Shown here: piece by piece, positions 50,157 through 61,760 of the stretch | How the letters are laid out: every line of letters begins with the position of its first letter | Position numbering within the stretch: position 1 is the stretch's first letter | NCBI GenBank assembly: GCA_009103225.1 | Contig: RHPI01002910.1 | Location: forward strand, 129,123-193,122 | Length of the DNA: 64,000 nucleotides | Reading direction: 5' to 3' | Source: Chlorokybus atmophyticus | Lineage: Eukaryota; Plantae; Mesostigma and Chlorokybus algae | Position numbers and translations under genes: made by a program | Notes under the pieces: model-generated | Seen by the model: the letters and a program-made list of their open reading frames with translations, nothing else | What the model was told of the DNA's origin: nothing | The model's database searches: none

Positions 50157-52374
50157 CTAGTGCTTTGGTCGTCGCTTTCCAGAGTGCATCGCGGGGCGTG
50201 CTTGCGTGTTAGCTTTGCGCAATCTGTGCAGCGACTTCTGCAGTGCAAGGCGCTGGACGCTACGAGGGTGCATGAATGCGAGCAAGACCCCAAGCGACTG
50301 GTGCCAGATGGACGCCATGCGAAGCGCGATGGGCTGTGTTCGTCTGCTCGTGGCCACGAGCGAGGCAATCCCACGCAGGCTTCCCCAGTGCTCCAGAAAG
50401 TTTAGCCAATGTTGCTTGGCATTGTACTGCACAGTGACAGCAGCATCGGACAAGCGCGGGTGCGCAAGGAACAGCTCCTCATCGCATAGATAGATGGCCT
50501 CCAACACGTCAACCATGTGCTGGCGAAATATGGCGTGCCGTATGCTAGCGCCAGCCTCAAGCACTCCTTGCACAATGCTTCTTCTACCGCTAGTCGTTGG
50601 CTGCTCATGTGGCTGCGAAGGTATGTACTGCAGGCTGCCATGGGTGCTCGTGCAAGCAATCATTTCACAGGAAGTGTCGCCTTTGCAAAACGACATAAGC
50701 CACTGCTCCCAACTTGGTCCCTCCCCTGCACAGTACAGAGTTAACGTATCAATCAGACAAGTGCTACGAATGCCAGTGCACATTGCTAGGATTCAAATGC
50801 ACTCAGATTGGACTCTCAGGTACCTGCAGGGCTCCCGCTGACAAACACTTGAAGGCACAGCTCAGGCTCACCATTCGCGTTCTCCACCCACTCAGCGAGC
50901 ACCACATCTTTCATAAGGCGAGCATACCACGAGCTCGGTGCATGATGCTCTGGTCCTACTGTGACCTTCAGGGTGCCCGAAAAGTCATCATGTGTAACAG
51001 TGTATCTGCAAGTTAAGAGTACCAAATTTAATTTACAAACTTAAGCACATGCTAATGTAAACGCCACACTGATCAACCACTTCTCCATGTTACCTGCGCG
51101 TCCTGGACAGAGGGCATGCTGTGTAATCAGCTTCACTGGAGAAGCCCCTCATTTTCACACGCACAAGGTGGCCTTCACTGGTCACAAGTGGTACACGGCA
51201 GCTGCTGCGGAGGGGACCCTCCACCTCAGTCTGTTCTGTCACCGCCGTCGATGCAATAAGCACTGCCTCATCGGCAATCGGCTCTGGCAAGGGCTCTAAC
51301 AAGGGCTCTAGTGGCTCTGCCAGCGTGCCTGAAATAGCTAGGGAGTCATCTACGATAGAGGTGACGTCTATAACAGACATTGTGGTGGCATCTGGCGTTG
51401 GCTCCAACACACATAGTGGCTTCCGGTCCATCGCTAGAGTAGCTGCTGCAGGCTGCAAAATCGAAGTCAATTGTTATGAGCCATAAAACTTTGCAGCCAG
51501 TGTGCTGCTATGTGTGCTAACAAACTTACAAACTACGCAATATGGCGCTCGACTGTGATGCAATATTTCTCACATGCACACACGGGCATGCGCACCAGTG
51601 TGTCAACAATGGCAGCGCAGTAGTTACTGCACGATCATCTACACAATGTTCACTCTGCATGCAATAACCGAAAGCTGTGTAACACATGAGTCAGGGCCAA
51701 TGCTGCTCTGTTAGAGCCAGAAATAACCAATGCTGATTGCGAGTTGCATATGCTCTGCCTTCATATGCCATTGCACACACACATACAATCGCACATTAGA
51801 CCTACTTGTGGGGTGCGTGCTGGGCGAGGGCGATTTTTGCGAGACCTGCCTCGACTTCCAACCCTCACTGCTGTCGCATGCCCAGGCGCGGCTTGACAAG
51901 GCTTGGTCCCAGACAGAACCCGTGGCCTTCGGCGCTGCATGCGACATGGGCTCCCACTGCTGTGCGTCACTTGCGGGCTTCGCCACAGTGCCACATGGCA
52001 ACTGGTGGGCGTGCCAACCATCTCCAACCTGTGAGACTGCCCTCACTTGACCGCAGCGTCACCACTGCTACATGTCACTGCGCAGCTTGCGCCACTGGGA
52101 GTGTCACGCCAACCATCGTTCTGTTATTCTGCAGCACGCACTCTGACATTCAGCACAAAAACGCAATCAGCCGCTGCCGGCAATGTAGGGCACTTCTTCA
52201 TAACTGACCACAGCATGCAACTGTGCAGTGACGAAAGCCCAACGCAGGCAGCAACTATGATGAGAAGCTACATACACAATGCAAGAGCGAGGTAGAGGAA
52301 CGCCAGCAAGGGCATGCGCATAATTGAATGGGCCTTGCAATGATGGTGAAATCAACAAGCGAGAACGCAACCAT
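50157..52374 (-). CDS. SGR: Staygreen (Mg-dechelatase) family protein with a long N-terminal extension
   Basis: RYTVTHDDFSGTLKVTVG, RLMKDVVLAEW, LCLQVFVSG, RHAIFRQHMVDVLEAIYLCD...FLAHPRLSDAAVTVQYNA...LEHWGSL align with the Staygreen domain. No Cys-rich tail, so possibly SGR-like. Start ATG 52374 is tentative. Confidence 0.8.
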
Positions 52375-52699
52375 GACTGCTGCAGGTGCAACACTGCAGG
52401 CAGGCCAGCAGTGAGATCGGTACACACCATGCACCCAACGAAGCGGTAGATGCACCGGATCCCTCCACCTGAGCGCCTACCAGCCCTATGTCAGGCCAGG
52501 CCAGCGATCTCGCCTGCCGCCGCCGCCGGCCGACCACCAGTCTGCAATCAGCTGGCCATCGCCGCAGCAGCAACCCTGCGCTTATCCGCTGCCTGCTCGC
52601 CCCTGGCCAGCAATAGCTCCTGCTAGGCCGCAATCTTCTCTCCACGTCCTGCTCCCCGTCCACCACCGCCGCCGCCCTGCTAGCGCCCTTCGCGGTCGC

Positions 52700-52731
52700 G
52701 CCACGTGGCACCAGCCACCGTCTAACCCTAA
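52700..52731. promoter_or_regulatory. Palindromic G-box GCCACGTGGC and TAACCCTAA telo-like box upstream of the SGR coding region
   Basis: GCCACGTGGC 52700-52709; CTAACCCTAA 52722-52731. Confidence 0.35.
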
Positions 52732-52993
52732 TGCTCAGCGGGTTGCATTGACGTGCGAAGGTGGTTTGAGGAGACGCGCGCTGCGGGTTGCGGCAACTTG
52801 CGGGGCAGCTACCGCGGGCGGGCAGCGCTCTAAATTGGGGGTTTGAAACTCTCAATTTATCTGCCCCCAACCAGTGAAATGCGATTGGCTGTGGGCAATG
52901 AGTGGGCAGGCGACGTGGACTCAACGACGCCTCGCTATCACCGTATGAAATTCTACCGTGAACAAATTCATTCATTCATTCGTTCATTCCTAG

Positions 52994-55900
52994 CAGTGTT
53001 AACGGTGCTTCCTCCGGGCCCTTGGCGAAAGGTGCAAGCTCATTGGTGCATCTGGCGAATGCTGGCGAAACTTGGTGAAGCCTGCCAGAAGCTGTGTATG
53101 TAGCAGCAGTAGCATTTGCACTTGATTAGCTAAGTAACTTACGTGTATGGAACCACGCCGTGATGTGTAATTATGCCAACTTAGCCACTTCTACTCATTA
53201 CTGCATTACATGCATCCAATCCTCATATAACTTGCCATTCGTGCGCGCATGCGCATGCGCACGAGTGCCATATCACATGTCGGTTTTTGTAAGTCATGTG
53301 TCCAGTATTGATATGATATGTGCATGATAAATATACATACAGGCTGCCACAGCAAGTACAGCATGAGGAAGGAAATGTCACTAAACTACATCAACCTACT
53401 GTTGCTGGTTGGCGGGTTACGTGCTTGGTACAAACCAAGCTCTACCTAACTGGCTATGCATGTACTGTTCATAAGTGACATGCCTAGCTGCAGCACGCAA
53501 CTTGGGGGGGGGGGGGGGGGGGGGGGNNNNNNNNNNNNNNNNNNNNNNNNNNNNNNNNNNNNNNNNNNNNNNNNNNNNNNNNNNNNNNNNNNNNNNNNNN
53601 NNNNNNNNNNNNNNNNNNNNNNNNNNNNNNNNNNNNNNNNNNNNNNNNNNNNNNNNNNNNNNNNNNNNNNNNNNNNNGGGGAGGGGGGGCAGAGACGTGT
53701 GTGGATGCGGTGCTCTGCTGACTAGGCATGTGATGTTGGGAGCGCAAGTCCATGGCAGACGCGGGGACAGGCATGGGTGCAAAGCTTTGCTGGCTGCCCA
53801 TGAAATAGGCCTGCAGCTGAGAGTGGACAAACGTGTGAGCACGCATGTGCTTATTAAGCATCTGCTGAAAGTTGGTGTCGCTGAATGGGCCCAAGCCAAG
53901 GGTAGAAGGTGCAGGCTGAGTGAGCACATGAATGTAGGAGGGTAAGAGCATGGGGTGGTCCAAGTTGAAGCCCGTCAGCACCTGGTCAACGTTAGCCTCG
54001 GGTGCGTGGGTGTAGTCATCATCACAAGCAACATTGTAAATACTGTCAATGGCAGCATCCAACTCATCAGGCTCAACATCTTGAGGTGGCTCCTCTGTCA
54101 GCATGGCATTGGCCTCCCAACCGGTGTTGTCGTCATGCTCATCAAGCGACTCTTGTTGTGACCTGCAAAGTGCATGGATTCATTGCTTGCACATGCAGCA
54201 TAACTACCTGCCAGATTTGAATCTCAATGTCATGTAGCATATTGTCTATGTTACTCACAGCAAGCTCAAGGTATTTACCACGTTGGCGGAGGAGTGTAAG
54301 CCAACTTGATAGCCGTCATCATGCTCACAGTGGTACAACTCATGCGGTTGCGGCGTTTAGAGTGAAACAACCCATCAAGGAAAATGTCCCCTCCGGGGCA
54401 ACTGCGTGTGGCACAATGTCAAGGAGCAGCACTGCAAGGTTGACTAGCTCTTTCGTGCTTGCTTGGCAGATACTTAGCCACCACGCTCTGACATTGAACT
54501 CTTCTCCCCCTACTGGTGCGTTGAAAGGGGGTAGAGAGCTCTTGTACATCTGCATCTGCTTGAGCAAGCCGTGAACTTCACTCATGCCGTGCCCTCTCTT
54601 TTTGTGCAGCGGTCAAGCCTGCACGGTGTGCATTGCCGCGCTTAAGAACTTACTGTAAACAACAACAACACACAGCACCATGCAGCACAACACAGCCACA
54701 CATGATGTGACTTTGCACAAGTGAACTCACCTCTTGCACAAGTAGCTGCCATTTCACAGGGTCTTCAGCAGCATGCTTGTAGCGGGGGTCAAGGAAGAGG
54801 GCTAACCTTGCCAGAGTTGTATCTAGCTCCTTCACCCTCGTGTTGAATAAATGCACCACATGATGGCGCATGTCTGCATGTGCTGACTGCGTGAGCATGT
54901 TGTGTTCGTACTCAAGACAAAACTGCAAGCAACAATCAAAGCACCTGCAGGGAGGTTGATCTCTTTGATAGCTCTGGCGAGGTAGAGCCAGTACCGGGTT
55001 ATATCAGCCAGTGTGGCATCAGCTGCTTGCACAGCCATGATGACTTTGCTGAATGGCTGCAGCAGCTCACACAATGACGCCAAGCCTTCCCAGAAGGAGT
55101 GGTCGTCAATGATGGCAACAACTGTATTGTTCCTCATGGCATCACGGTGTTGCCTGTGCACCAACCTCAAGGGGCCCTCCAGATGTTGCACAGACTCCAA
55201 GCACCTTCGACAAGCGGAACCAACTCAATGACAGAGCATGCATCGCAATAACCAGCTTGTACATGCATATGTTGATTTGCCACTCTCTCACCGTGAGAGG
55301 TGTGACACCTATGCACGGAAGTGAAGCGGGTCTTGTTAGAACTGTACAGTGTGGTGTTTATCCCATGTGCTTTGGCAGCGTTTTTCAGCAGAGCCAGAGG
55401 CCTATGTGATGTGCGGAAGTATGTCACAATTATTGGGCACTTACAATGATGTTCTTGGCCCATGAGTAGTCCACCACTGAGCCCATTGCAAGAAAAAAGC
55501 CATGTATGTAGCACCTGTGCAACAACATGTGCTGTTAAGCATATGCACAACCATCACTTCCGCACGTTAACTGACAGTAACTTACCGCAATTCAATGATG
55601 TGCGTATAGTCCTCTTTGCTGACCAGCAACTTCCTAGCTGCTTTTATGTTGGCGGCATTAGCAGTGGCCAGAGCTGCCACCTTTGTTGCCCCAAGGCAAT
55701 CAATGCACTCACAAAATACCTCTGCAATTGAGCACATGTATGAGCACATGCGCCTTCATGTGCTGCTATGCTACAAGCACAAGCATGCACAATGATTGAT
55801 GGCCCTCACCTGCTAGATACGGGGCTGTATGTTTGTCCTCGCTAAGCTCTAAGGTTGCAGCAAGTGTGCCACACGGTCAGTGGTAATCACCATACAACCA

Positions 55901-56923
55901 TACACCAACTGGTTGTTGACGTTCGTTAAACCGTTAAAAGTGATGGTGGCGTTTGTCTCCCCCTTCATACGCTATGTGAACTGATGCTGCACTATTGCAT
56001 GCTGGTCGACCAACAACCTAGTTTGCAACTTGATTGCACCTGTCGAAGCAAGCATGCATAGCTAAGCACGAGCGTTCAGGCACACATGTACACGCTCACA
56101 TACATGCACATACATGCACATTGGCACGCACACACATGCAATTTTTTCATATATACACTGTTGCGCACAATTAGATTTACCAAGAGGTGTATATAAAGGG
56201 CGCAACGTCTGCACCAGACAAGTGAAGTACTTGCTGTTAGCAACGTGGTATGGTATGCCGCACATGACAAAAAACATCAACATCTTGGCATCCAGCTCAT
56301 CACACAGTCCTTTGCCAAGTGAGCCACTCTCAGAATGGGCAATAAGGGAAGATTGCTCAACTCAACGCTTGCGCCTCCCACCACTACATCTGCCGACTGT
56401 GAGGCAGCCCTGCCACGCTTGGCAACTAACGCCCCAATGTTGCACTTCGCACAGGCTGAGTTACCAACCTGCACTCTTTTGTAGTGTGCCTCTCCATCGC
56501 CTCCACACGTGCATCCTTGTACTGCTTGCCGCAGTAATTGCACTTATCTCCAGGGCGCCTGTTTCTGTTGCCCATGCCCTCCATCTCAGTGAAGTGCCAT
56601 ATCATGGACTTGGGCGCACCACCAGGATTTTATAGGCTGGGGTCAAGGCGCTGTCTTTCTGCTGCAACGTGGACTCCTCCTCCTCCTCTTGGTTGTCCTC
56701 AGACAAGCTGATGGCAGCGTGCGTCGCCATGGCCGAACGCCGCCGCCGCCGGCGGCTAGCAACTGCCTCACAGGGCGGGCGGGAAGGGCGCGACACTTAG
56801 TCGAGTTCGGCGGGAACAATGGGGTTTCGCCAATGGCGACGGACAGACACCCTTGGTGCAACTTGGCGAGAGTGACAGCGAAACACGCATTGGCGAAACT
56901 CCGAAGAAGCACCGTTAACACTG
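52994..56923 (-). mobile_element. hAT-superfamily DNA transposon, full length, non-autonomous relic
   Basis: Perfect 18-bp TIR CAGTGTTAACGGTGCTTC (52994-53011; reverse complement 56906-56923), 8-bp TSD ATTCCTAG (52986-52993 and 56924-56931), subterminal TGGCGAA repeats at both ends and an internal transposase. Contains a 151-N gap (53527-53677). Confidence 0.96.
53680..56730 (-). pseudogene. Intron-containing hAT transposase pseudogene (BED zinc finger, DDE core, hATC dimerisation domain)
   Basis: BED finger WHF...CNYC...ERHTTKEC; LVQTLRPLYTP; CxxH (CYIH); NKTRFTSVH; LALFLDPRYK; WW...LAVLLLDIVPHAVAPEGTFS. Frameshifts near 56620 and 55850, in-frame stops near 56360 and 55970; catalytic motifs read TITFNGLT (DG to NG) and ATANAAN (TDN to TAN). 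Confidence 0.9.
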
Positions 56924-57010
56924 ATTCCTAGTAGTGCATGCGATAGCGGGAATGCATGCACCGGTGTGCTGCGTGATGGTGCCATCGTCTTGATGCATCC
57001 CCCCCCCCCN

Positions 57011-57781
57011 AGAGAATGGTTGCACAACAAGCCATGCATTCACCTTCATGTAAGCGGCTTCGGTCTCACGTATCGTCCGATCGCACTCGTCGCGTCCTGT
57101 TCAAGTTCGTACGGTTCACACAGTGAGTCAGTCAGTGTTGCGAGAGGATTTGATTGGCGCTATGCACAGCAGTCCTCAAAAGAGGATGGTGGCTACTGCA
57201 GGCGTCCGGTCAAGCAACCATTGCAGGCACGTGCGCACGCATGTGCGTGCATGTCTGGTGTGCGCATGAGTGTCACCTCCCGGTGCACAACCATCTCGAT
57301 CACATGCGCGCGCTTGCGTGCGTGCGTGCGTGCATGCGTGTCATCTCCCGAGAACAGTGAAATGTGTTGCTGACCTGCGGTGTGTCGGGCCAGACTCTCC
57401 TCGATCTGGTGCAGTCTCTTTGTCAGCACGGCGATGTCGTTCTGGATGCGGGCGCGCTCCTCCTCCTCCTTATGCACCTGCACATGACGTCCAGCATACC
57501 CTTTTCCGTGAGTTGATTGAACTAACCACACCGCTCCCACAATATACCCAACTAGTAAGCGGCGTTGTCAAGTTACACAATCAAGTTGCCGTTGAAACAC
57601 ACAGTGTGCTGCAACTTCACTCAGTGTTGAAAGCACTTTCATACCTGTTTGGTCAGCTCTTCTCTCCTCTCTTTCAGCTCCTCAATGCCTGCAGTGTGAA
57701 GTCCCTCTCTGATAATGTTACTTGGTGGTTGCAAGCAGTAGTAGTTAGCTGCCACTGTTGGATTGACGACCGCGAAGGGTA
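57011..57781 (-). repeat. 771-bp apparently identical copy of 61932..62702 (SSNA1 exons 2-4)
   Basis: Same sequence and identical ORF translations at an offset of 4921 bp. Begins right after a single N that follows a poly-C run and ends at a G-rich run. Confidence 0.93.
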
Positions 57782-57819
57782 GGGGGGGGAAGGGGGAGGA
57801 GGCGCAAATACAATATGAT

Positions 57820-58410
57820 GTTGAAGAAATTTTTAGCCTTGAATGCAAATAAGAGTACATAAGCTAAACAAGTTATAATGCATAATTTATGTAAATTCAA
57901 AAGGTCGTTTTACATCAATGCGATCGGGATCTGGCGGTGTGACGCATATGCAGTTGTTATCTTTATGTTTGTGCAAACGTGAAAGATATAATAGCGTAAT
58001 CACGATCAAAAAATTGCATGCAGGGAAACCAATATGTCCACACAGCATATCAATACATTTGCATGTGCATTATAATAATTTGTCGATTGTTGTATAGCCA
58101 TTAAATAATCTTATCATGCATTGCATTCGATTGCAATGATTAGCAAACTTATGAGTTTGCGTGTGCACATAATGTGTTGAAGATTGTGCAAACGTGTACA
58201 CTCTTCAACTCCGTTGACCAACTATACTATGATGCAATAAATACATAGTCATTACGCAAATTCAATGATTTCTTATCAGGTTCCCAATATCCTCGACGCA
58301 ATACGTTAAGCTTGTCTGATCGTAATATAAAAATAATCAAACATTGATTTCTTACATTTTGAATACCGGTATAGTAGAAATAAATAAAGGTTCATGACCA
58401 TAGTACTTAG
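57820..58410. other. AT-rich island 3 (about 32% GC)
   Basis: Hand count of 57961-58140 gives 32% GC; no long ORF; lies upstream of the DnaJ promoter. Confidence 0.7.
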
Positions 58411-58717
58411 GGTCTTGAGGGTCTTCACCCAAACGCGATCGGGCAGTCAACACGGTTGACTCACCAGCCCGCCACGCCAGCTTCCCGCCCGTATCGCGCG
58501 ACGCACACTGCGCCACGGCCCGCGAACGCCGCGCCCGGGCACCCGCACCTTGAACCCGTGCGGGCGCACAGTCAGCATTTGCCCCGACCGAAGCCTGACC
58601 GATGTATACCAGTCACTCTGCAGCTTTATTGCATACAACCTGACGCAAAAAGACGTAGATGGATCGTGATACAAACGGCCACTTTATCGGCTCTCAATGG
58701 AGTGCTTTTCGATACAA

Positions 58718-58726
58718 TTAGGGTTT
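58718..58726. promoter_or_regulatory. Telo-box (TTAGGGTTT) upstream of the DnaJ gene
   Basis: Single telomere-like unit about 480 bp before the ATG, in the GC-rich leader region. Confidence 0.4.
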
Positions 58727-59204
58727 GTATGGATGAAGTTGGAAAGAGATAGAATTCAACGTTTGCACGCCTTTTTAGCCTTAAGCAGCGGCGGCAGTGT
58801 GACGTGGAGCCATTGTGGCGGCGGCTGTGTGCGGGGCGGCCGCGGTCTGGTTCGGCCTGGGTTCGTCTGCTTCGGCCTGGTTCAAGTATTCGTTAAGTGG
58901 CCTGGCTCAGTGGGCTAGCGGTCAAGCTCAAGGGTGTACAAAATCGAGCGGGCGGGCGGACGGGCGGGCGGTGCGAGCCGCGGCTAGCTTGTGGTAGTGA
59001 TTGAGTGGTTTAGGCTGGGCTGGTAGATCTCCCTTGGCTGAGTCTTTGTGGTGAAGCTCTCTGGTGGTCTGGTGAGATTGGGTGTGCCTGTTGGCGTAAG
59101 CTTGTGTACGCAAGCAATGTCCAGCTGAGGCAGCGGTTGGAAGGAGAGCTGAGCACTGGAGAGGCTGCTGCTGCTGTTGTCGTTGGGAGCAACTTCACAG
59201 CGCA

Positions 59205-60468
59205 ATGGAGGAGGTAAGCTGTTGTACCTTCGCTGTGGGCGTCGACAGCTGTGCGAAGGGTTGCGTCTTGGCATTGTTGCGTGACGTGTGGTCAAGTGCA
59301 AAGTGCAGGACAATGCCGTGTCTGCTTGCTGAGAGTTGCAGCATGCAGGGGTACTTCGCTTTCGAAGAAGATGAGTGCTACTCCTCCTCCTCATCGTCCT
59401 CACCCTTCACGGGCTGTGGCCCCGGTTGCGGCTTCGGTTGCGGCTGCGAGGCGGACGGCGGAGGCAAGGACTTCTACGGCCTGCTCGGCGTGGACTTGCG
59501 AGCCACAGCGGACGAGATCCGCTCGGCTTATCGCCGCCTAGCTTTGGTATGAATCACACCTCTCGCCTTTCCAAACTAAGCAGAATTTCTAGCTCTAGTT
59601 GTGTGAATGGAACACACTGGATCTGGCCAGGTCTCAAAGGGTGCCCGACCTGGCTTGAAAGTCTCTAGCATGTTGGCTTTCGAGTCTCGGAGCGTTTAGC
59701 AGCACGATTCCTGCACGGCATATCTGCATGCTTAGAAGCACACTGTGCATGGTGATGTTCTTACTCCGGCCATGGTTGCAGAAGTGGCATCCTGACAAGC
59801 ATAGTGGCGATGATTCTGCCAAGCGTCACTTCCAAGAGATTTGTGAGGCTTACCACAGTAAGTGCAATGTAGCTGCATTGCTTGATTAAGGCTTCGGTTC
59901 AGTGCTAAACAGCCCATGGCTTGCTCTTTTTGTGTTTTTCCAAAGTGGCCTTGCTTGCTCTACAGTTCTGATGGACCCTGGCAAGCGAGAGGCTTACATA
60001 ATGTCCACAAAGTTTGCGCAAATGCAGAGTGTAGAGGTGAGAGTTGTTCGGAATGCATGTATTGGAAATGTATCATGTCTGGTACAGAGCTTGATTATCA
60101 TAACTGCAGGACTACCTTGCACGGTTCCATGCGTTCGTGCTCACCTCCAGCGGGCTTGGGTTGGGCGTCACACAATTTTGTCGCAACTATCAGCCCAGCT
60201 GGTTGCTGGCCTTACCAGGTAAGGCATGGAACAGTGCTGCCTATGCGTGTACTGTTGCATGCACTAGGTGTACGCCCATGGAGCTTACACACACACATGC
60301 TCCATCATTGAGTGCACGTGCTTCCGAGTGTGGCCCCGAGTAGCGGCATACATCACTGCAAGTTGCATCAAGACGCACAACTGTACATGCATGCCTGTCT
60401 GGCACACCTTTATTCGTTTCGTTTATGGCATCTCTATACTTGCAGAGCCTGGACGAGTTCACCAGTGA
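59205..60468 (+). CDS. Small J-domain (DnaJ/Hsp40 type III) protein
   Basis: MEE|GYFAFEED...KDFYGLLGVDLRATADEIRSAYRRLAL|KWHPDKHSGDDSAKRHFQEICEAY|VLMDPGKREAY; HPD motif; TGA 60466-60468. Confidence 0.88.
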
Positions 60469-61760
60469 TGGCTGGCGCCAATCATCCATGCCGGTAAAAG
60501 TTGTAGAGGACAGGTCACGTGCCAGAGATGCACCTGCATTCAGCTCACCCTGGCAGTGCGCGTTGTATATGTAGATAACAGAGTAGCGTGAGAGTTAGGA
60601 GATACAGGATTGCTGTTGTTTGATAATTGATTGGTTGTTTGCTTGAGGTGCTTGTCCTTATGCTGCTTGCGGTGCAAGTAGTAGTCTATGTAGCAGAAGT
60701 GCATGCGTCTGTCCTGTCTACCAGCAGTATACTTGCAAGCAGCATATAGCCAGTACACCGTCCATTTGACTGTTAACCATGAGTTGCACACCTCATCGGC
60801 ATACAGCCAAAGCCTAGTTGCCTAGTTGTGCTGAGGTTGCAGCTTGTGAAGTGCTCACCCTGTCACTCTTTCTTCGCTAATCCAGTTAAGCCTGGCAGAA
60901 ACAGACGCTCTGTGTCTTGCTGCGAGTGGTGGTGATTGAAAATGTTAGTGGGCAGCGAGTGCTTTGAGAGGGGGCTTGTCCTTGTATGAGAAACTATTCT
61001 CTCAACACCTCACCCATTACAGCAAGATTCAATATTTGGCAGTGCAAAAACTCGATACCTATCAAGCATGCTTGGCTACTACTGATTGCCATGAACAGCC
61101 AACAAGCAGAGGTTGTTGCCGATGGGATAAAGCAGCTACCTTACTTTTACGACTCATCGGAAGTTTTGAGGTAGTTGCGTTCCTGCGACCAAAGCAAAAG
61201 GGTTGTGACAACTTAGGCATTGGTTCCGCAATGTGTGTGCCAGCGGTGCAAAGGTACGCATCGCAGCACAATGCAAGTGTTCATCTTTGCAAGTATATCT
61301 GTGCAAGTACAGTTGCAAACTTTTATCTCTCATGCAAAAGACCGTTGATGTTGAACAATAGCCTGTTGTAATATTGCGGTGAACTGCATGCTCGCATTCG
61401 TGGCTACTGACAATGTAGCCACTATGGCTTTCTTCTGTTGACGTGCAACACAGGCAGGGACGCATCACATCAACATGGATGCACAGCGTGTGCAAAACCC
61501 GAGCCCTGCAAGAGTTTTGTTGACCGATCACAAACACTGTGTATGCGTTTGTGCACCAGTAACTTTTCCCCACACTCACACAGGGTGAACAAGCAACTGT
61601 GGCAGTGTTTACAGCATTATGTAACCCTCCGCCTTCCGAGCAATACACCAACTCAAACAATGTGCTTAAGTACTGTACGACAATACTATACTAACTATGC
61701 TCTATAGTGGATGCGCACTGAGCGCAGAGCAGCGATGAGCTAACTACAAATACGTGACCG

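Noticed and set aside
57011-57781. Pack-hAT capture of the SSNA1 fragment
   Set aside because: The duplicate lies 88 bp outside the right TIR and TSD, so it is not inside the element.
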